Assembly (NCBI GenBank): GCA_951406725.2
Contig: OX597832.1
Span: forward strand, 55,738,001 to 55,802,000
DNA: 64,000 nt
Direction of reading: 5' to 3'
Source: Octopus vulgaris
Taxonomy: Eukaryota
The notes under the pieces are model-generated. The model saw only the letters and a list, made by a program, of their open reading frames with translations, did no database searches and had not been told where the DNA came from. Numbering within the stretch: the stretch's first letter is position 1; the number at the start of each line of letters is the position of its first letter. Of the stretch, positions 13,372-28,092 are shown piece by piece. Position numbers and translations under genes: made by a program.

Positions 13372-14400
13372 CAAAGGTCGGCTGAAAAGTTCATAGGACC
13401 ACCAAGACACTCTCATGGAATCTGCCTAAATGCGCGTTTTATTTTTTCCCCGCAACATAGTCCGCCTTTGCGGTTCACACACTTCTTCCATCGGTGTTGG
13501 AGTGCTTAGGTCTCATTGGCGAAGAAGCGTTCTTCCTGTTGGTCAAAAAATTGATCAACAGTAGCTATGACGTCATCGTCACTGCGATACTGGTTCCCAA
13601 CCAAGTGTCTTTTCATGTTGGGTAACAGATGATAGTCCGATAAGGTATAATCTGGCAGAAACGTTAGCACGCCGGGCGAAATACGTAGCCGTATTTCGTC
13701 TGCCGTTACGTTCTGAGTTCAAATTCCGCTGAGGTCGACTTTGCCTTTCATCCTTTCGGAGGTCGATTAAATAAGTACCAGTTACGCACTGGGTCGATAT
13801 AATCGACTTAATCCGTTTGTTTATCCTTGTTTGTCCTCTTTGTGTTTAGCCCCATGTGGGTAGTAAATAAATAGATAAGGTATAATCAGGAGAATAAGGA
13901 GGGTAATCAACCAGTTCAAAGCCACAGCCACGCACAACGGCCATTGAAACGAAGGACGTGTGTGTTTGAACATTGTCCTGATGAAACAAGACCTCTTTTG
14001 TCAGAGTTTTCCTGGGCGTTTGGTGTTGATAGCCTTACGTAACTGTCACAGCATTTTTGGCGCAATACTCTCCATTAATGATGTAGCCCTTTTGAAGATA
14101 GTCAATAAACACAATGCCTTTTGCTTGCCAAAAATCTGAGGCCCCCCACCTTCTCTGCAAAGGACACAACCGTGGCCTTCTTCGGAGCAGTAGAATAGGG
14201 GTGCTTGCTTATATTGCATCGATTGTCTCTTTGTCTTTGGCTCAAAGTGATGAACCCAACACCCATTCCGCCTCAAGAGACGTTCAATGAAATCAGCTGG
14301 GTCTGGCTCAGAGTGTACCAGATTTTCCTATGTATGTATACTGAGAGTTTGCAACCTGACTGAAGTTTCACACCATTTCAACCTTCAGGTGAAACTTGTT
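13372..14400 (-). mobile_element. Degenerate mariner transposon (transposase pseudogene)
   Basis: Minus-strand motifs WVHHFEPKTKRQSMQ, LFHQDNVQTH, YSPD...SDYHLLPNMK and [33 protein letters not shown] is a TIR-like end at 13370. The right boundary is approximate. Confidence 0.85.
13653..13873 (+). mobile_element. SINE family B inserted in the mariner relic
   Basis: 14-bp target-site duplication GATAAGGTATAATC at 13639-13652 and 13874-13887. Confidence 0.92.
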
Positions 14401-14967
14401 TCGCTTGAAAATCGTTGACGCGTGATATATGAGCGTCGTGACAAACACTCAGCATATATGCATATATATATATATATATGAATGTTGTTTAGCAGGATTA
14501 ACAACCAGTTAAAGTCAACATGCTTATAATCCGAAGTATTTCTTTAGGTGGCGTGAATTCATTGACAGCCTCACCTCGAAATTCTAAATAAGCCAGAAAA
14601 TAAGTACAGAGCATAATATCAATTAATTAATCAATTAATGACAAAAGATACTTGAATCTCGTAATAGCATTCATTGGCTTGCAGCTGTTTCCGCTATGAC
14701 GAACAGCAAATAGAGCTGAATCATAAAATGACACCATATAGCTTTGTCTAACTCCGTCATTTTCCCATTTCATTATTAATCAATTGCAAATTGTTTCATT
14801 AATGTCTGAGAGATATTCGCTTTGTCAGACATCAATATTATTTAGATTTTTCGCCAGTGAACCAAATTTGAGACTGAGATAGGGTACAATATACCGTATC
14901 ATCATCATCATCATCATCATCGTCATCATCATCGTCATCATCATCAATTATTAGTATTATTTTATTG

Positions 14968-15230
14968 TATTTGCACAGCTTCTAACACAGGAGATGTACT
15001 ACGGTGTCAGCTGTTCAATACCAGCGAACTAACGTAACACCCCTTATTTTTCGAGCACCATTCTCTATCTCATGGACGCATTTTTTACATACCATGCTAT
15101 GTTGTTTTCCTCTACTCTAATGCTGTATTCGCATTCAATCAGTCCCTTTTCCCTTCTTTTTCTTGGTACGTAGTCTGTCTGTGTCCATATCTAGTCAGCA
15201 ACTTCCTTGTCTTTCTGTCTAAGTTAGTTT
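14968..15230 (-). mobile_element. R4/Dong-like retrotransposon 3' end fragment
   Basis: TTTGCACAGCTTCTAAC...CACCCCTTATTTTTCGAGCACCA matches 47320-47410. It is bordered by (TAT)n. Confidence 0.7.
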
Positions 15231-15231
15231 A

Positions 15232-15655
<424 letters not shown>

Positions 15656-15679
15656 AATAATAATAATAATAATAATAAT

Positions 15680-15767
<88 letters not shown>

Positions 15768-16136
15768 ATCATTGTTGTTTTAGTATTTATTACCTGCTAT
15801 TTCGTAATATTATTTTATGTCCTTTAATCGTTATTTTGTTTTAATCCTAAATTTATAAATGTTAACCTTAGTTCGAATATTAATCCATAATCGATTTAAT
15901 GGTTTTAATTTTAAAATTCCTTTAGTGAGTTTAATTTGAAATTATGTCCGACCTCCAACGTTATTTGAGATTAAACAACTCAACTTGACATCAACTCATT
16001 TCAATCTCACATAATTCAGTCTATCGGTATTTTATATCCCAGCTAATCAGAGCTTTCTCAACCTCCACATCACAATATGACTACTACTGATATTTCATTA
16101 ATTTTCTTAACCAGTTCTTCTACCAATGACAAAATA

Positions 16137-16562
16137 CTCTAGGCACAAGACCCGAAATTTTGGGGAAGGAACCAGTCGATTAGGTCGACCCCACTAACGC
16201 AACTGGTGCTTTATTTATCGACCTCGAAAGGATGAAAGACAAAGTCGACCTCGGCGGAATTTGAACTCAAGACAGACGAAATACCGCTAGGCTTTTCGCC
16301 CGGCGTGCTAGCGTTTCTTCCAGCTCGCCGCCTTCCAAATACCAAATATTCTTTTCTACTCTAGGCATAAGGGCTGAAAATTTTCAGGAGGGGGCCAGTC
16401 AATTAGATCGACCCCAGTACGCAACTAGCGCTTAATTTATCGACCCCGAATGGATGAAAGACAAAGTTGACCTCGTCAGAATTTGAACTCAGAACGTAAC
16501 GGCAGACAAAATACCGCTAAGCTTCTCGTCCTGCGTGCTAACGTTTCTGTCAGCTCGCCGCA
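16137..16562 (-). mobile_element. Two tandem SINE family B copies
   Basis: Copies at about 16137-16334 and 16348-16562. Confidence 0.88.
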
Positions 16563-16907
16563 TTCCAATGACCAAATATTAAAGACTTAAGTTGACCATG
16601 TGTGTAACTGGCCCATATCAAATTTCAGCACAACATTTGAAGAATATCTGACCTAAAATATTGTACTGTACGGTACAACATGGTACAATATGCCGTATAA
16701 GCTGATTTATTTCCTTGCTATGGAGACTTTAAATTTGTGTCTAGTTATCAAATCGTAATTATCTGTTTGATAGACATATCCAATTTTGTAATTTCATCAA
16801 CGCAAAGCAACTCAGAACTTTGCAATTATACTATATTAATTTTACAACCACACACACATACACACACACACTCGCACACATATTTGCGTATATATATATA
16901 TATATAT

Positions 16908-17332
16908 ACTCTTACTCTTTTTACTCTTTTACTTGTTTCAGTCATTTGACTGCGGCCATGCTGGAGCACTGCCTTTTTTTTCGTCAAGCAAATCGACCCC
17001 GGGACTTATTCTTTGTAAGCCCAGTACTTATTCTATCGGTCTCTTTTGTCGAACCGCTAAGTGACGGGGGGGGACGTAAACACACCAGCATCGGTTGTCA
17101 AGCAATGCTAGGGGGACAAACACAGACACAGAAACACACACACATACATATATATATATGCATATATACGACAGGCTTCTTTCAGTTTCCGTCTACCAAA
17201 TCCACTCACAAGGTATTGGTCGGCCCGGGGCTATAGCAGAAGACACTTGCCCAAGGTGCCACGCAGTGGGACTGAACCCGGAACCATGTGGTTGGTAGAC
17301 AAGCTACTTACAACACAGCCACTCCTGCGCCT
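16908..17332 (-). mobile_element. SINE family A (full length)
   Basis: Colinear with 4501-4926. Confidence 0.92.
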
Positions 17333-17481
17333 ATATATATATATAATACAGTGTACATTTAAACACATTAAGAGGTATTCATCGAAGGACTCCCATACGC
17401 TAGAAGGAAACAGCTAAAGTCCAAACCATTAATTAGGGATAAATTTTCGAAGGGAATGAAAAATAAAAACATTTACTATTT

Positions 17482-17550
17482 CCTAGACCATGGTTTCTGA
17501 CTTTCTTTAGCAAATAAAATAATTTGCCAGGCGAAGTCTTCGTCAGCAGG
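17482..17550 (-). ncRNA. Type-I hammerhead ribozyme
   Basis: Minus strand reads cctg-CTGACGA-a-GACTT...AAGTC-a-GAAA-CCATGG-TC-tagg. Helix I is CCTG/TAGG, helix III is the palindrome ACCATGGT, and the site is GUC. Confidence 0.8.
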
Positions 17551-18309
17551 TACGTCAAGATCAAACATATAAACACGAGGCCAATCCAGCATGTGCCACT
17601 TGCTCATAACATTTTAAGTTTCCAAATCCACCGCGCAAGTGCAGTTTTTGTTTAAATGTACACTGTATTTTATATGAAAAATATATAGTGTATTGACTAG
17701 TTTTTCTATACGCTAGGCCACTTGTTGTAAAAATTCCTAATATCTTTATTACCCTGATATTATTAATTATGTATAATGATTTCTAGAAAATTCTTTCGAA
17801 GAAATTGCCGGAATTTTTTCGCTGCCGACAAAAAACTTCGCTTGCGCGGTGGATTTGAAAAACAAATATACATATGTATGTATATAAATAGATTAGTGTG
17901 TGTGTGTGTGTGTCTGTCTGTTTGTCTGTGTGTACGCGTGTGTATATATCATTGTTGATATTGTATATTTCAAGAGGCCTACCTGGTTAAGGTAATATAT
18001 TCAGAATTATTCAACGAAATATATCTTTAAGTTCTTATCTTACGAGAATATAATTGGATTTCTGTTGAATAGACTATTTTCAATATCTAACTGAGAGCAA
18101 ACCGGTAAAAGTTTGGAGTAATCCCTTACTATTTACGAATATATATATATTTCTAGGATTCCAGAGAATCGGGTACTTAAATGCAGACAACAATATTTGT
18201 TACTCACATAGGTAAAAAGAAAAAAAATAACGAAATCAAAGTCTTCGATTAAATATAAATATAAATATATGTATATGTTGGTATGTATGTATACATGTAT
18301 ATATATATA

Positions 18310-18634
18310 AAAGTACAAAATGGGACAAGAACGCAAAACATTCAAATAGACGATACAAAAAACAACTGAAGGGTCATTCAAAACCTCTAATCTTCAGTCA
18401 AGAACCAGATCATCCTCGCAATTTCGGCTATGCATATGTAATTGTCCTGTACTCTATTTTTTTTTGCTGTTTTTAAATTAATGTCCAGTTCCTTTGGTTT
18501 GTGTCTATGTTTTCGTTTCTCATTGTGTTCGACGTCCTTTTGGTGTCCTGTACTCATATATGCGTGTATATGTACATGTAGAGGTAGGTACGTACACATA
18601 TGTTTATATATATGCATATGTTTTATTTTATTTA

Positions 18635-18640
<6 letters not shown>
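18310..18640. repeat. Head-to-head composite of a dispersed repeat family
   Basis: 18441-18640 is nearly identical to 22537-22735. 18310-18428 resembles 21690-21800 and 44125-44275 and is in the opposite orientation to the right part. Confidence 0.75.
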
Positions 18641-18685
<45 letters not shown>

Positions 18686-19183
18686 GTACACACATATATA
18701 CAAATATATATAGATAGATAGAACGATTGAAAGATACATGCATACATGTATATGTATGTGTGTGTGTATGCGTGTATCTGTATGAATGTATACGTGGAAC
18801 CGGTAATCTGTGTATCATCTGTCTATCGGCATAGTTTTTTTTTAATATATAGCTACCATAATTAGGATCTCTACTAGATCTTGTGGCCTCGCAAACGTGA
18901 TGAATGCTTTTTAAAGAGGAATGTTCTTCTCTTAATGATAAACAGGGTCGGAAAACTGGCGCCGCAAATAAAACGATAATCTACAAGACCACTTGAGACA
19001 CGTATTGCTTCAGAAATAGAAATACTCTACTCTACACCACTACATCGAGTTCAATATTTATTTAGATATTTTTTGATATCATTTATCAAGTGTTATACAA
19101 TACATACACACACACATACATACATACATACATACATACATACATACACACACATACATACACACACATATATACATACATAC

Positions 19184-19214
<31 letters not shown>

Positions 19215-19567
19215 CATACATACATACATACATACATACATACATACATACACACACATACATACATATTTACATACATTCATACATACATGCAGACATA
19301 CACACATACATGCATGCATACATACATACATGCATACATGCATACATGCATACATACATACATACATACATACACATACATATAGACATACAGACATACA
19401 CACATACATAGTCATGTATATTAATATTCTATCTTTCATAGATTATGCATAGTAGTAATCAAATAAAAATGTGTATACGATATTTGAATGTGTGTATATA
19501 TATGTGTGTGTGTGCGTATGTATATGTCATACATATACACACAAATATTTGCCATAATATATACTTT

Positions 19568-19619
<52 letters not shown>

Positions 19620-20110
19620 CATGAACATCCACACATAAATCTATGTACACACATAAACACACGTACACCCACACATATACACCCCCACACGCACACACAC
19701 ATACAAAAACCACGAAGTTAAAAGTGCAAATGAAAAAAAAAAGTGCCCGGATGGAAATATTAAGCTTTAGAAATTGTGAAGAGTACTTTTGAATGACAAG
19801 GCATTCAGTACTCTAAGGTATATTTATTAATAAGCGCAAAAATATTTTCTAATGAATTTATCAACAGGTTTTTGCCACCAAAACCAGAAAAACGGTAAGA
19901 AATGGGAAAAAAATAAAATGGAGGCCTCCTTTCTAGTTAAATGGAATTTGATTTTTCAACGAAGATATTGGAATTATTAGATTATATATTTATTTAAAGT
20001 TTGCTGTAATAGCATCTCTTAATCTGCGAATGTGATTCCACACTCGCCTTCGGTTCACATGTTTCCTATGAGTAGATTTTAGTTAACGAAATTTTGCAAA
20101 AATCCGTCTC

Positions 20111-20169
<59 letters not shown>

Positions 20170-20235
20170 GGTCCCGGGTTGAATCGGGGTTAACCACAGT
20201 AAATAAGGTACTCAATACATGGCAGTGTAAATTAA

Positions 20236-20350
20236 TTTATTTATTTTATAGAAGGAGCTTCTACAGGACTAGAACTGTTTCATTCAAATGATGATTTCAT
20301 TTGAATGAAACAGTTCTAGTCCTGTAGAAGCTCCTTCTATAAAATAAATA

Positions 20351-20352
<2 letters not shown>
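20236..20352. repeat. Perfect fold-back (~56-bp arms) with a 5'-truncated hammerhead
   Basis: Arms 20236-20291 and 20297-20352. The centre and right arm read TGATGA-tTTCatttGAAt-GAAA-CAGttctagtcCTG-TA-gaagc. Confidence 0.85.
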
Positions 20353-20402
<50 letters not shown>

Positions 20403-20551
20403 GAATAAAACTTATATATAAAGAACGTGAAATTCACGAATTGACAAACACGGAAAAACGGACAGTAATTCAGAGCCTTCATACTTCAGTCAGAAACCGA
20501 TTCATCATGGCAAATTTCGGCTGTTTAATTCTGAGATATATCTATATCTAT

Positions 20552-21036
<485 letters not shown>

Positions 21037-21292
21037 TATAAACATGAAGATATATATGTGTGTCTGTATAAAGATATAATTATTATACGTTGCATTATGT
21101 GAATTTGATTGATTACTGAAGGCCAAATGTTTCGTTCTATGCTTGTTTACAATGGTTCGTTAGAAAATCTTGTACAGAGCAGCATATATGGCCGCCTTTA
21201 ACGTATCGCATTAACTTTGGGGTAACTACATAAAATTATTCTCGTCGAGTGCTCCGTCATGTGTTCTTTAAAACAGAGTGGCCTCCAGCTAA

Positions 21293-21354
<62 letters not shown>

Positions 21355-21456
21355 GTTAAATATATTCAATGAGAATATTATAAACTGAATTTATATTGAG
21401 TGGTCAATTGTATCAAAGTATTAATACTATTGAAGTATTTATATATTTAATACGAG

Positions 21457-21506
<50 letters not shown>

Positions 21507-21622
21507 TATAATATATTATTATTAATATCAGGAAATCAGTATCAGAAAATTCTTGAGAATTTTACACACGTATATATCTTTCTGAAGAATTTTCTAATAT
21601 TGAATTCCTGATATTAATAATA

Positions 21623-21690
<68 letters not shown>

Positions 21691-21861
21691 AGGATACAAA
21701 AAATGGGACAAGAACGCAACCGGCGACAACAAATCATTCAAACAGAATGACACAAAAGGGGCAAGAAAAACACGGACGGGTCATTCGGAGTTTTCTATCC
21801 CCTTCCTCTCTCTATATATATGTATATATATATGTATGTATGTATCTAACTATCTATCTAT

Positions 21862-21933
<72 letters not shown>

Positions 21934-22728
21934 TTATATATATATTCACCATATGACAGTTTCCACCTTTTGTTTTGCATGTACACTTATATATATTTTT
22001 TGTATTTGATGTACTTAGTATATTCAATATATTTGATGTGACTAATATGTTTATCCCAATAATTGCTTATATATATATAATATAGACTTCAGCAATGTAA
22101 CTACACGTGTACCGTTGACGATTTCTTCACTTTCTTTGAACTTTTCTCTTTCTCATTCCCGACGAAGAGCTATGCTCAAAACGTTAAACTGTCTCCTTTC
22201 ACCGAGTAAAGCTAATACACTTTTTATGCACTTCCTCAAGTCCGCTTTTTTCGTTTTTTCCCCGTTTCTATTCGTTTATTTGAATTGCCTATATATATAT
22301 ATATATATATCTTGTTTTTCCTTGTCCTGTCTTCTACTGTTTACAATTTGCACTGTCGTTACTGTCCTGTTGTTACTATTTTTTACCCCTCTGCGAAAAG
22401 ATCTCAGAATTTTAATTGATTTGCTTTTCGCAGGAAGGAAAGTTTTCTTGTCGAAGATACGTCTCGCTTTTATCCTTCGAAACGTAGTGTAAATGAAAGC
22501 TTTAGCGACTGAAGAAGGGGTTTTTTCTTTGTGTTAATTGTCCTGTATTCTATTTTTTTGTTGTTTTTAAATATATGTCCAGTTCCTTTGGTTTGTGTCT
22601 ATGTTTTCGTTTCTCATTGTGTTCGACGTCCTTTTGGTGTCCCGTACTCATATATGCGTGTATATGTACATGTAGAGGTAGGTACGTACATATATGTTTA
22701 TATATATGCATATGTTTTATTTTATTTA

Positions 22729-22799
<71 letters not shown>

Positions 22800-23474
22800 A
22801 ATTCAAATAACAGTTGCGTACTGGGGTGAATGTAATAGACGTACCCTCTGCCCCGAAATTGCTGACTTCGTAACAAAATTTGAAAACAATATTTATACTT
22901 ACCGCCAAACAGACATACTAATGGAATTTCTCTCTCTCTATCTATCCTCCATTTTGACATCTCCAAAAGTTTTGACGAAAAGGTCAAAGGTGAACACCAA
23001 ATACAAATTTTAATGACCTTTTGCAAACCATTTTTTTATTGGCTTCCAGCGATCATTGCACGAAGACACCGTATTCTTCGCACCCATAATTGCTAAAACT
23101 CTTTCACAAATAAATTAAAACCAAAACCAAGTTTAGCTGTGTATCTAACGCTTGAGGGATTCTGAGTTTTATCCTTGCTATAAATCTTCGACTATTATTC
23201 ATGTGTATTAGTCATATAATTTAGTTCCGTTTTTCAATCATTGGAAATTTTCGTCAGGTATGTGAAACGGTTTTTTTTTTTCGTGACTCATAACTTTCGT
23301 AATATTGTTACTGAGACGAACGCAATCGATGGCAAGATCGGTAGAGCGGTAGATAAAATGCTTTGCGATATTTAGTTTTCCGTACGAAGGCGGCGAGCTG
23401 GCAAAGTGCTTAGTGAAATTTCTTCCGATTTTACGTTCTGAATTCAAATGCCGCTAGGGTTGACTTTCCCTGTC

Positions 23475-23600
23475 AAAGCGCGTGGTTTAGTGGTTAGGGT
23501 GCTGCACTCACGATCGCTAGAGAGTGGGTTCGAATACCAGACCAGGTGGCGTGTTGTATTCTTGAGCAAAACACTTGATTCCACGTTGCTTTTGTACCCT
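23475..23600 (+). mobile_element. SINE family C head
   Basis: GCGCGTGGTTTAGTGGTTAGGG...GGTTCGAATACC...TTCTTGAGCAAAACACTT. Confidence 0.75.
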
Positions 23601-23880
23601 GTGTAGATCAGCATGCCAAAGAATAGAACCAACGTTTCGTCTTCTGCGTATCATAAAAGGTGACTGAAAGAGGTTGAGGCTGGGTTTGTACTCTGACCTC
23701 GTAAAACCCTCACCAGCAACGGCTACCAACACCAAACAGACTTCTGGGTTGTAGGGTTGTCGCCTGGGTGGTGCAAAGGTATTATCTGCCAGGTGCAAAG
23801 GTATCATCACCAACGAATGGTGGATGCAGCAATGCTCTGTAACAGTGCATGCCCCCATAATACTGCTGCTGCTGCTGCAG

Positions 23881-23949
<69 letters not shown>

Positions 23950-24345
23950 TGTCTTTCATTTTTCGGAAACGATATATTACAGTTGAGTACAGGGGTCGAA
24001 TTAGAATTCAAAACACCCTGAAAAATACAGTATTAATACTTCGTCGGTTAGAAAACATACCGACATATCTTGGTACAGGGAAACATTATCGCAGTATCGT
24101 GTCACCTACTCTACACAGAGATTAGAATCTAGAGACTGAAGATCGAATCATGATTTGTCTGTGATGTCAAGAAACTCAGGGAATCGACATGGCTTCTGTA
24201 TAATCAAGCACACACACACACGTTTATATATATATATATATAAAGTTAATCCAAACATGAAAACACAAAGAGAAAACACAACAACGCGAGGACGTGGAAC
24301 AAATATAGTATTATTGGACGCTCAGGAAGGAAGGGAAGAAGGAGG

Positions 24346-24380
24346 GTTTTACGTTTCGAGCGGAGCTCTTCGTCAGAAAC
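24346..24380 (-). ncRNA. Minimal type-I hammerhead (best copy of the GAGC/GCTC family)
   Basis: Minus strand reads gttt-CTGACGA-a-GAGCtccGCTC-GAAA-CG-TA-aaac. The host repeat 24245-24450 is homologous to 2192-2387 and 31845-32040. Confidence 0.8.
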
Positions 24381-24530
24381 ATAGGAAAAGGAAACATTCA
24401 GAGAAAAAAAGACGGAGGAAAAAAAATCGCCAACGGTACACACGCGGTCCTCGTGCTGAACCGTTAATCCCTACATATTTATTTCTCTCCCCATTTTTTT
24501 TCGCTCTCTCTACTCTTTTCTCTTTCAATC

Positions 24531-24566
24531 CTTTCTATTGAAGAGCGTACGCTCGAAACGTCAAAA
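24531..24566 (+). ncRNA. Degenerate minimal hammerhead, A6U subfamily
   Basis: cttt-CTATTGA-a-GAGCgtacGCTC-GAAA-CG-TC-aaaa. Homologues lie at 27368, 52854 and 55181. Confidence 0.5.
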
Positions 24567-24894
24567 ACTTTTCCATACTTCCCGTTCGTCAAACTAATAT
24601 ACACCTGCTTGTTGTTCCTTCATCTGTCTTCGTCTTTTGTTTACTGTAAATTTGAACTATGTATGTATGTATTCTTTTATTCTTTTACTTGTTTCAGTCA
24701 TTTGAGTGTGATCATGCTGGAGCACCGCTTTTAGTCGAGCAAATCGACCACAGGACTTATTCTTTGTAAGCCGAGTACTTATTCTATCAATCTCCCTTGC
24801 CGAACCGCTATGTGACGGGAACGTAAACACACCAGCATCGGTTGTCAAGCGATGTTGGGGGACAAACACAGACACACAAAAATATACACGGACA

Positions 24895-24952
<58 letters not shown>

Positions 24953-24957
24953 CATAC

Positions 24958-25428
24958 ATATAATTAGTGAATGGAAGAAATGGAGTTGAACGAAGATTGT
25001 ACAAAATTCCTTTTATTACATTCTACACATGTTTCAAAGGCCACAATTTTCCAAATTCTGATTAAATAAGGATACCATATTGCAGCTTTCTCTTCAGGAA
25101 AAACCAGGAATTACGTTGTCAAAACAAAACAAAACAGAGGCGCAGCAAAGCAATTCGAACGAGGACGCTCCTTAAGAGCCCATGGGTAAACTCAGTTTAC
25201 CCATGGGCTCTTAAGGAGCGTCCTCGTTCGAATTGCTTTGCTGCGCCTCTGTTTTGTTTTGTTTTGACAACGTAATTCCTGGTTTTTCCTGAAGAGAAAG
25301 CTGCAATATGGTATCCTTATTTAATCAGAATTTGGAAAATTGTGGCCTTTGAAACATGTGTAGAATGTAATAAAAGGAATTCTGTACAATCTTCGTTCAA
25401 CTCCATTTCTTCCATTCACTAATTATAT
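24958..25428. repeat. Near-perfect 471-bp palindrome (235-bp arms, 1-nt spacer at 25193)
   Basis: Centre reads CCCATGGGTAAACT-C-AGTTTACCCATGGG. One mismatch was seen by eye. Confidence 0.95.
25285..25365 (+). ncRNA. Type-I hammerhead (mirror copy on the minus strand at about 25021-25101)
   Basis: ttc-CTGAAGA-g-AAAGCTGCAAT...ATTGTGGcCTTT-GAAA-CATGTG-TA-gaa. ACATGTGT is self-complementary allowing G-U pairs, and the site is GUA. Confidence 0.72.
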
Positions 25429-25781
25429 TAAACTTCAATTATCCGCACCAACGCACGGTTGCAACACCATATGGTCTTATCTCCAACCGTGTTTTTTTCT
25501 GCTGTGATTTTTGCTACCCAGGTATCGGTTAAACTCTTGAATAATCTGTAACAAGAAAATTCATCTTTCCATTTCAACAAAAATATATACATACATCCGT
25601 CTACCAAATCCACTCACAAAGCTTTGGTCAGTATGAGGCTATAGTAAAAGACATTTGCCCAAGGTGCCATGCAGTGGGAATGAACCCGGAACCATATGGT
25701 TGGTAAGCAAGCTACTTACCACACAGCCACTCCTGCGCCCATATATATATTTGGTGAACATACGTATATATGCGTGTGTGT

Positions 25782-25828
<47 letters not shown>

Positions 25829-26160
25829 TGTGTGTGTATTTTATTATTAAAAATGTTAACGTATATCGAGATATGTATTGAGTCGGGAATTGTCTGAAAC
25901 GTCGCTGGGCAAAGTTTTTAAATCGGAACGGAGGTGATGTTAGACAACATCGAGAAGCGATATCGTTGTCCGTCTCCATTCCACCATTTTAGTCGTCATA
26001 AAAATGCTATAAATACACCGTAGATAATAATTATTGACCGTCATTGGTAGTTACTGTTCAGCAAGCTTACTCCTTCGGTTAGGAAATCAGCGCCGCTGCA
26101 CCGTAAAAACTGGGTTTGGTTGATCGATAGACCCACAAGAGATATTGATTAATTGCACAA

Positions 26161-26266
<106 letters not shown>

Positions 26267-26279
26267 ATCATCATCATCA

Positions 26280-26376
<97 letters not shown>

Positions 26377-26408
26377 CATCATCATCATTATTATGATTAT
26401 TATGATTA

Positions 26409-26467
<59 letters not shown>

Positions 26468-26745
26468 TTGTGTATATGAACTTTACGTTGTTGTCGTTCT
26501 GTTATGTTTATACGAGACCAGCCGTCGTTAATTGCTCGTGAAAGCAAGATAAAGTAATCCCTTATTAATATCCATAAATACTTGCCCACGCTTTTTTTGT
26601 ATTTAATTTCTTGTTTGTTTTTTTTGTTTTTTTTACTTCTTCTTATTGACTGTTTTTGCAATTAATTCCTGTCGCTGCCGTGTCTACACATGCGCATAGA
26701 GTACTCTTACCCTTCACCCACGTGAATGTATGTGTATGGTATGTG

Positions 26746-26779
<34 letters not shown>

Positions 26780-27421
26780 GAGAGAAAGGGAGGGAGAGAG
26801 AGGAAGAGAGAGCGTGTGTGTGTATGAACATGTGTAATTTGAATGTATTATTTCTTAGAATTGGGCAGTATATATATATATACATATCCATACATTCATA
26901 CATACATACATACATACATGTATGCGTACGCACATCCATACATACATGCACACACACGTGTGTATGTGTGTGTGTGTATATTTATATGTGGTGGAAGTGG
27001 TGGTGGTGGTGATGGAGGACTCTGACAAATGTATACAAATAGTGACGAGGAACTTTGTAAATACATTGTCTGCGTGTGTATGTATACATACACATACGTA
27101 CATGCGTATATATATATGTGTGTGTGTATGTGTTTGTGTGAGTGTGTGCGTGTTTATATATATATATATTCATACACACACACATATATATATATATACA
27201 CACATACATTTATGATATGCGTATATGTATAATATGCTTAATTAGCACACACACACACATCCGCACACACACACAGAGTTCAAAGTTACAGAAAAACAAA
27301 AGATGAAGACAGGTAAAGGTACAACAAGCAGGTGTATTAGTTTGACGCTTGGGAAGAATGGAAAAGTCTTTTTGTGTTTCGAGCCTATGCTCTTTGACAG
27401 AAAGGATTGAAAGAGAAAAAA

Positions 27422-27653
27422 AAATTTCTTTACTACCCACAAGGGGCTAAACACAGATAGGACAAACAAGGACAGACAAATGGATTAAGTCGTATACATC
27501 GACCCAGTGCGAAACTGGTACTTTATTTATCGACCCCGAAAGGATGAAAGGCAAAGTCGACCTCGGCGGAATTTGAACTCAGAACGCAGCGTCAAACGAA
27601 ATACCGCCAAACATTTCGCCCGGCGTGCTAACGATTCTGCCAGCTCATCGCCT
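27422..27653 (-). mobile_element. SINE family B
   Basis: Colinear with the other B copies. A family C head (27665-27785, minus) and a family A head (27801-27870, plus) follow. Confidence 0.88.
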
Positions 27654-28092
27654 TCTTTGTTTTTGGAGCAACGTGAAATGAAGTGTTTTGCTCAAGAACA
27701 CAGCGCGTCGACCGGTCCAGGAATCGAAACCACAATCTTACGATCCTAATGCTGACACCCTAACCACTAAGCCACGTGACTCCACAAGAGAAAAAAAAAT
27801 TGGCGCAGGAGTGGCTAAATGGTAAGTAGCTTGCTTACCAACCACATGGTTCCGGGTTCATTTCCACTCTTGAAAGAAACCCTCCACGAACGGTATTGGT
27901 TTCAGCTCGCGATGGGTTAAATCTCTTGCTTTTACCCGTCTTTTGAAACATTGGCTCTCGCCCACCCGTTGATGGATACTGAATGAAAATCAGGAATGTG
28001 AAGCAATTAACAGCGCGTCACTAACGCATCGAATAATTAAATATATTTGTCTTTAATTTAGGATTGTGTTGTTGTTGCTGCTGTTGCTGTTG

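Larger units (their letters stand above)
24670..25740 (-). mobile_element. SINE family A split by an insertion in its central (TA)n tract
   Basis: 3' half at 24670-24900 and 5' half at about 25597-25740. Confidence 0.85.

Noticed and set aside
23221-23262. Minus-strand CTGACGA...GAAA
   Set aside because: No helix III or NUH site, and no helix I.
24132-24186. CTGAAGA...GAAACTCAGGG candidate
   Set aside because: It lacks U16.1 and a convincing helix I.
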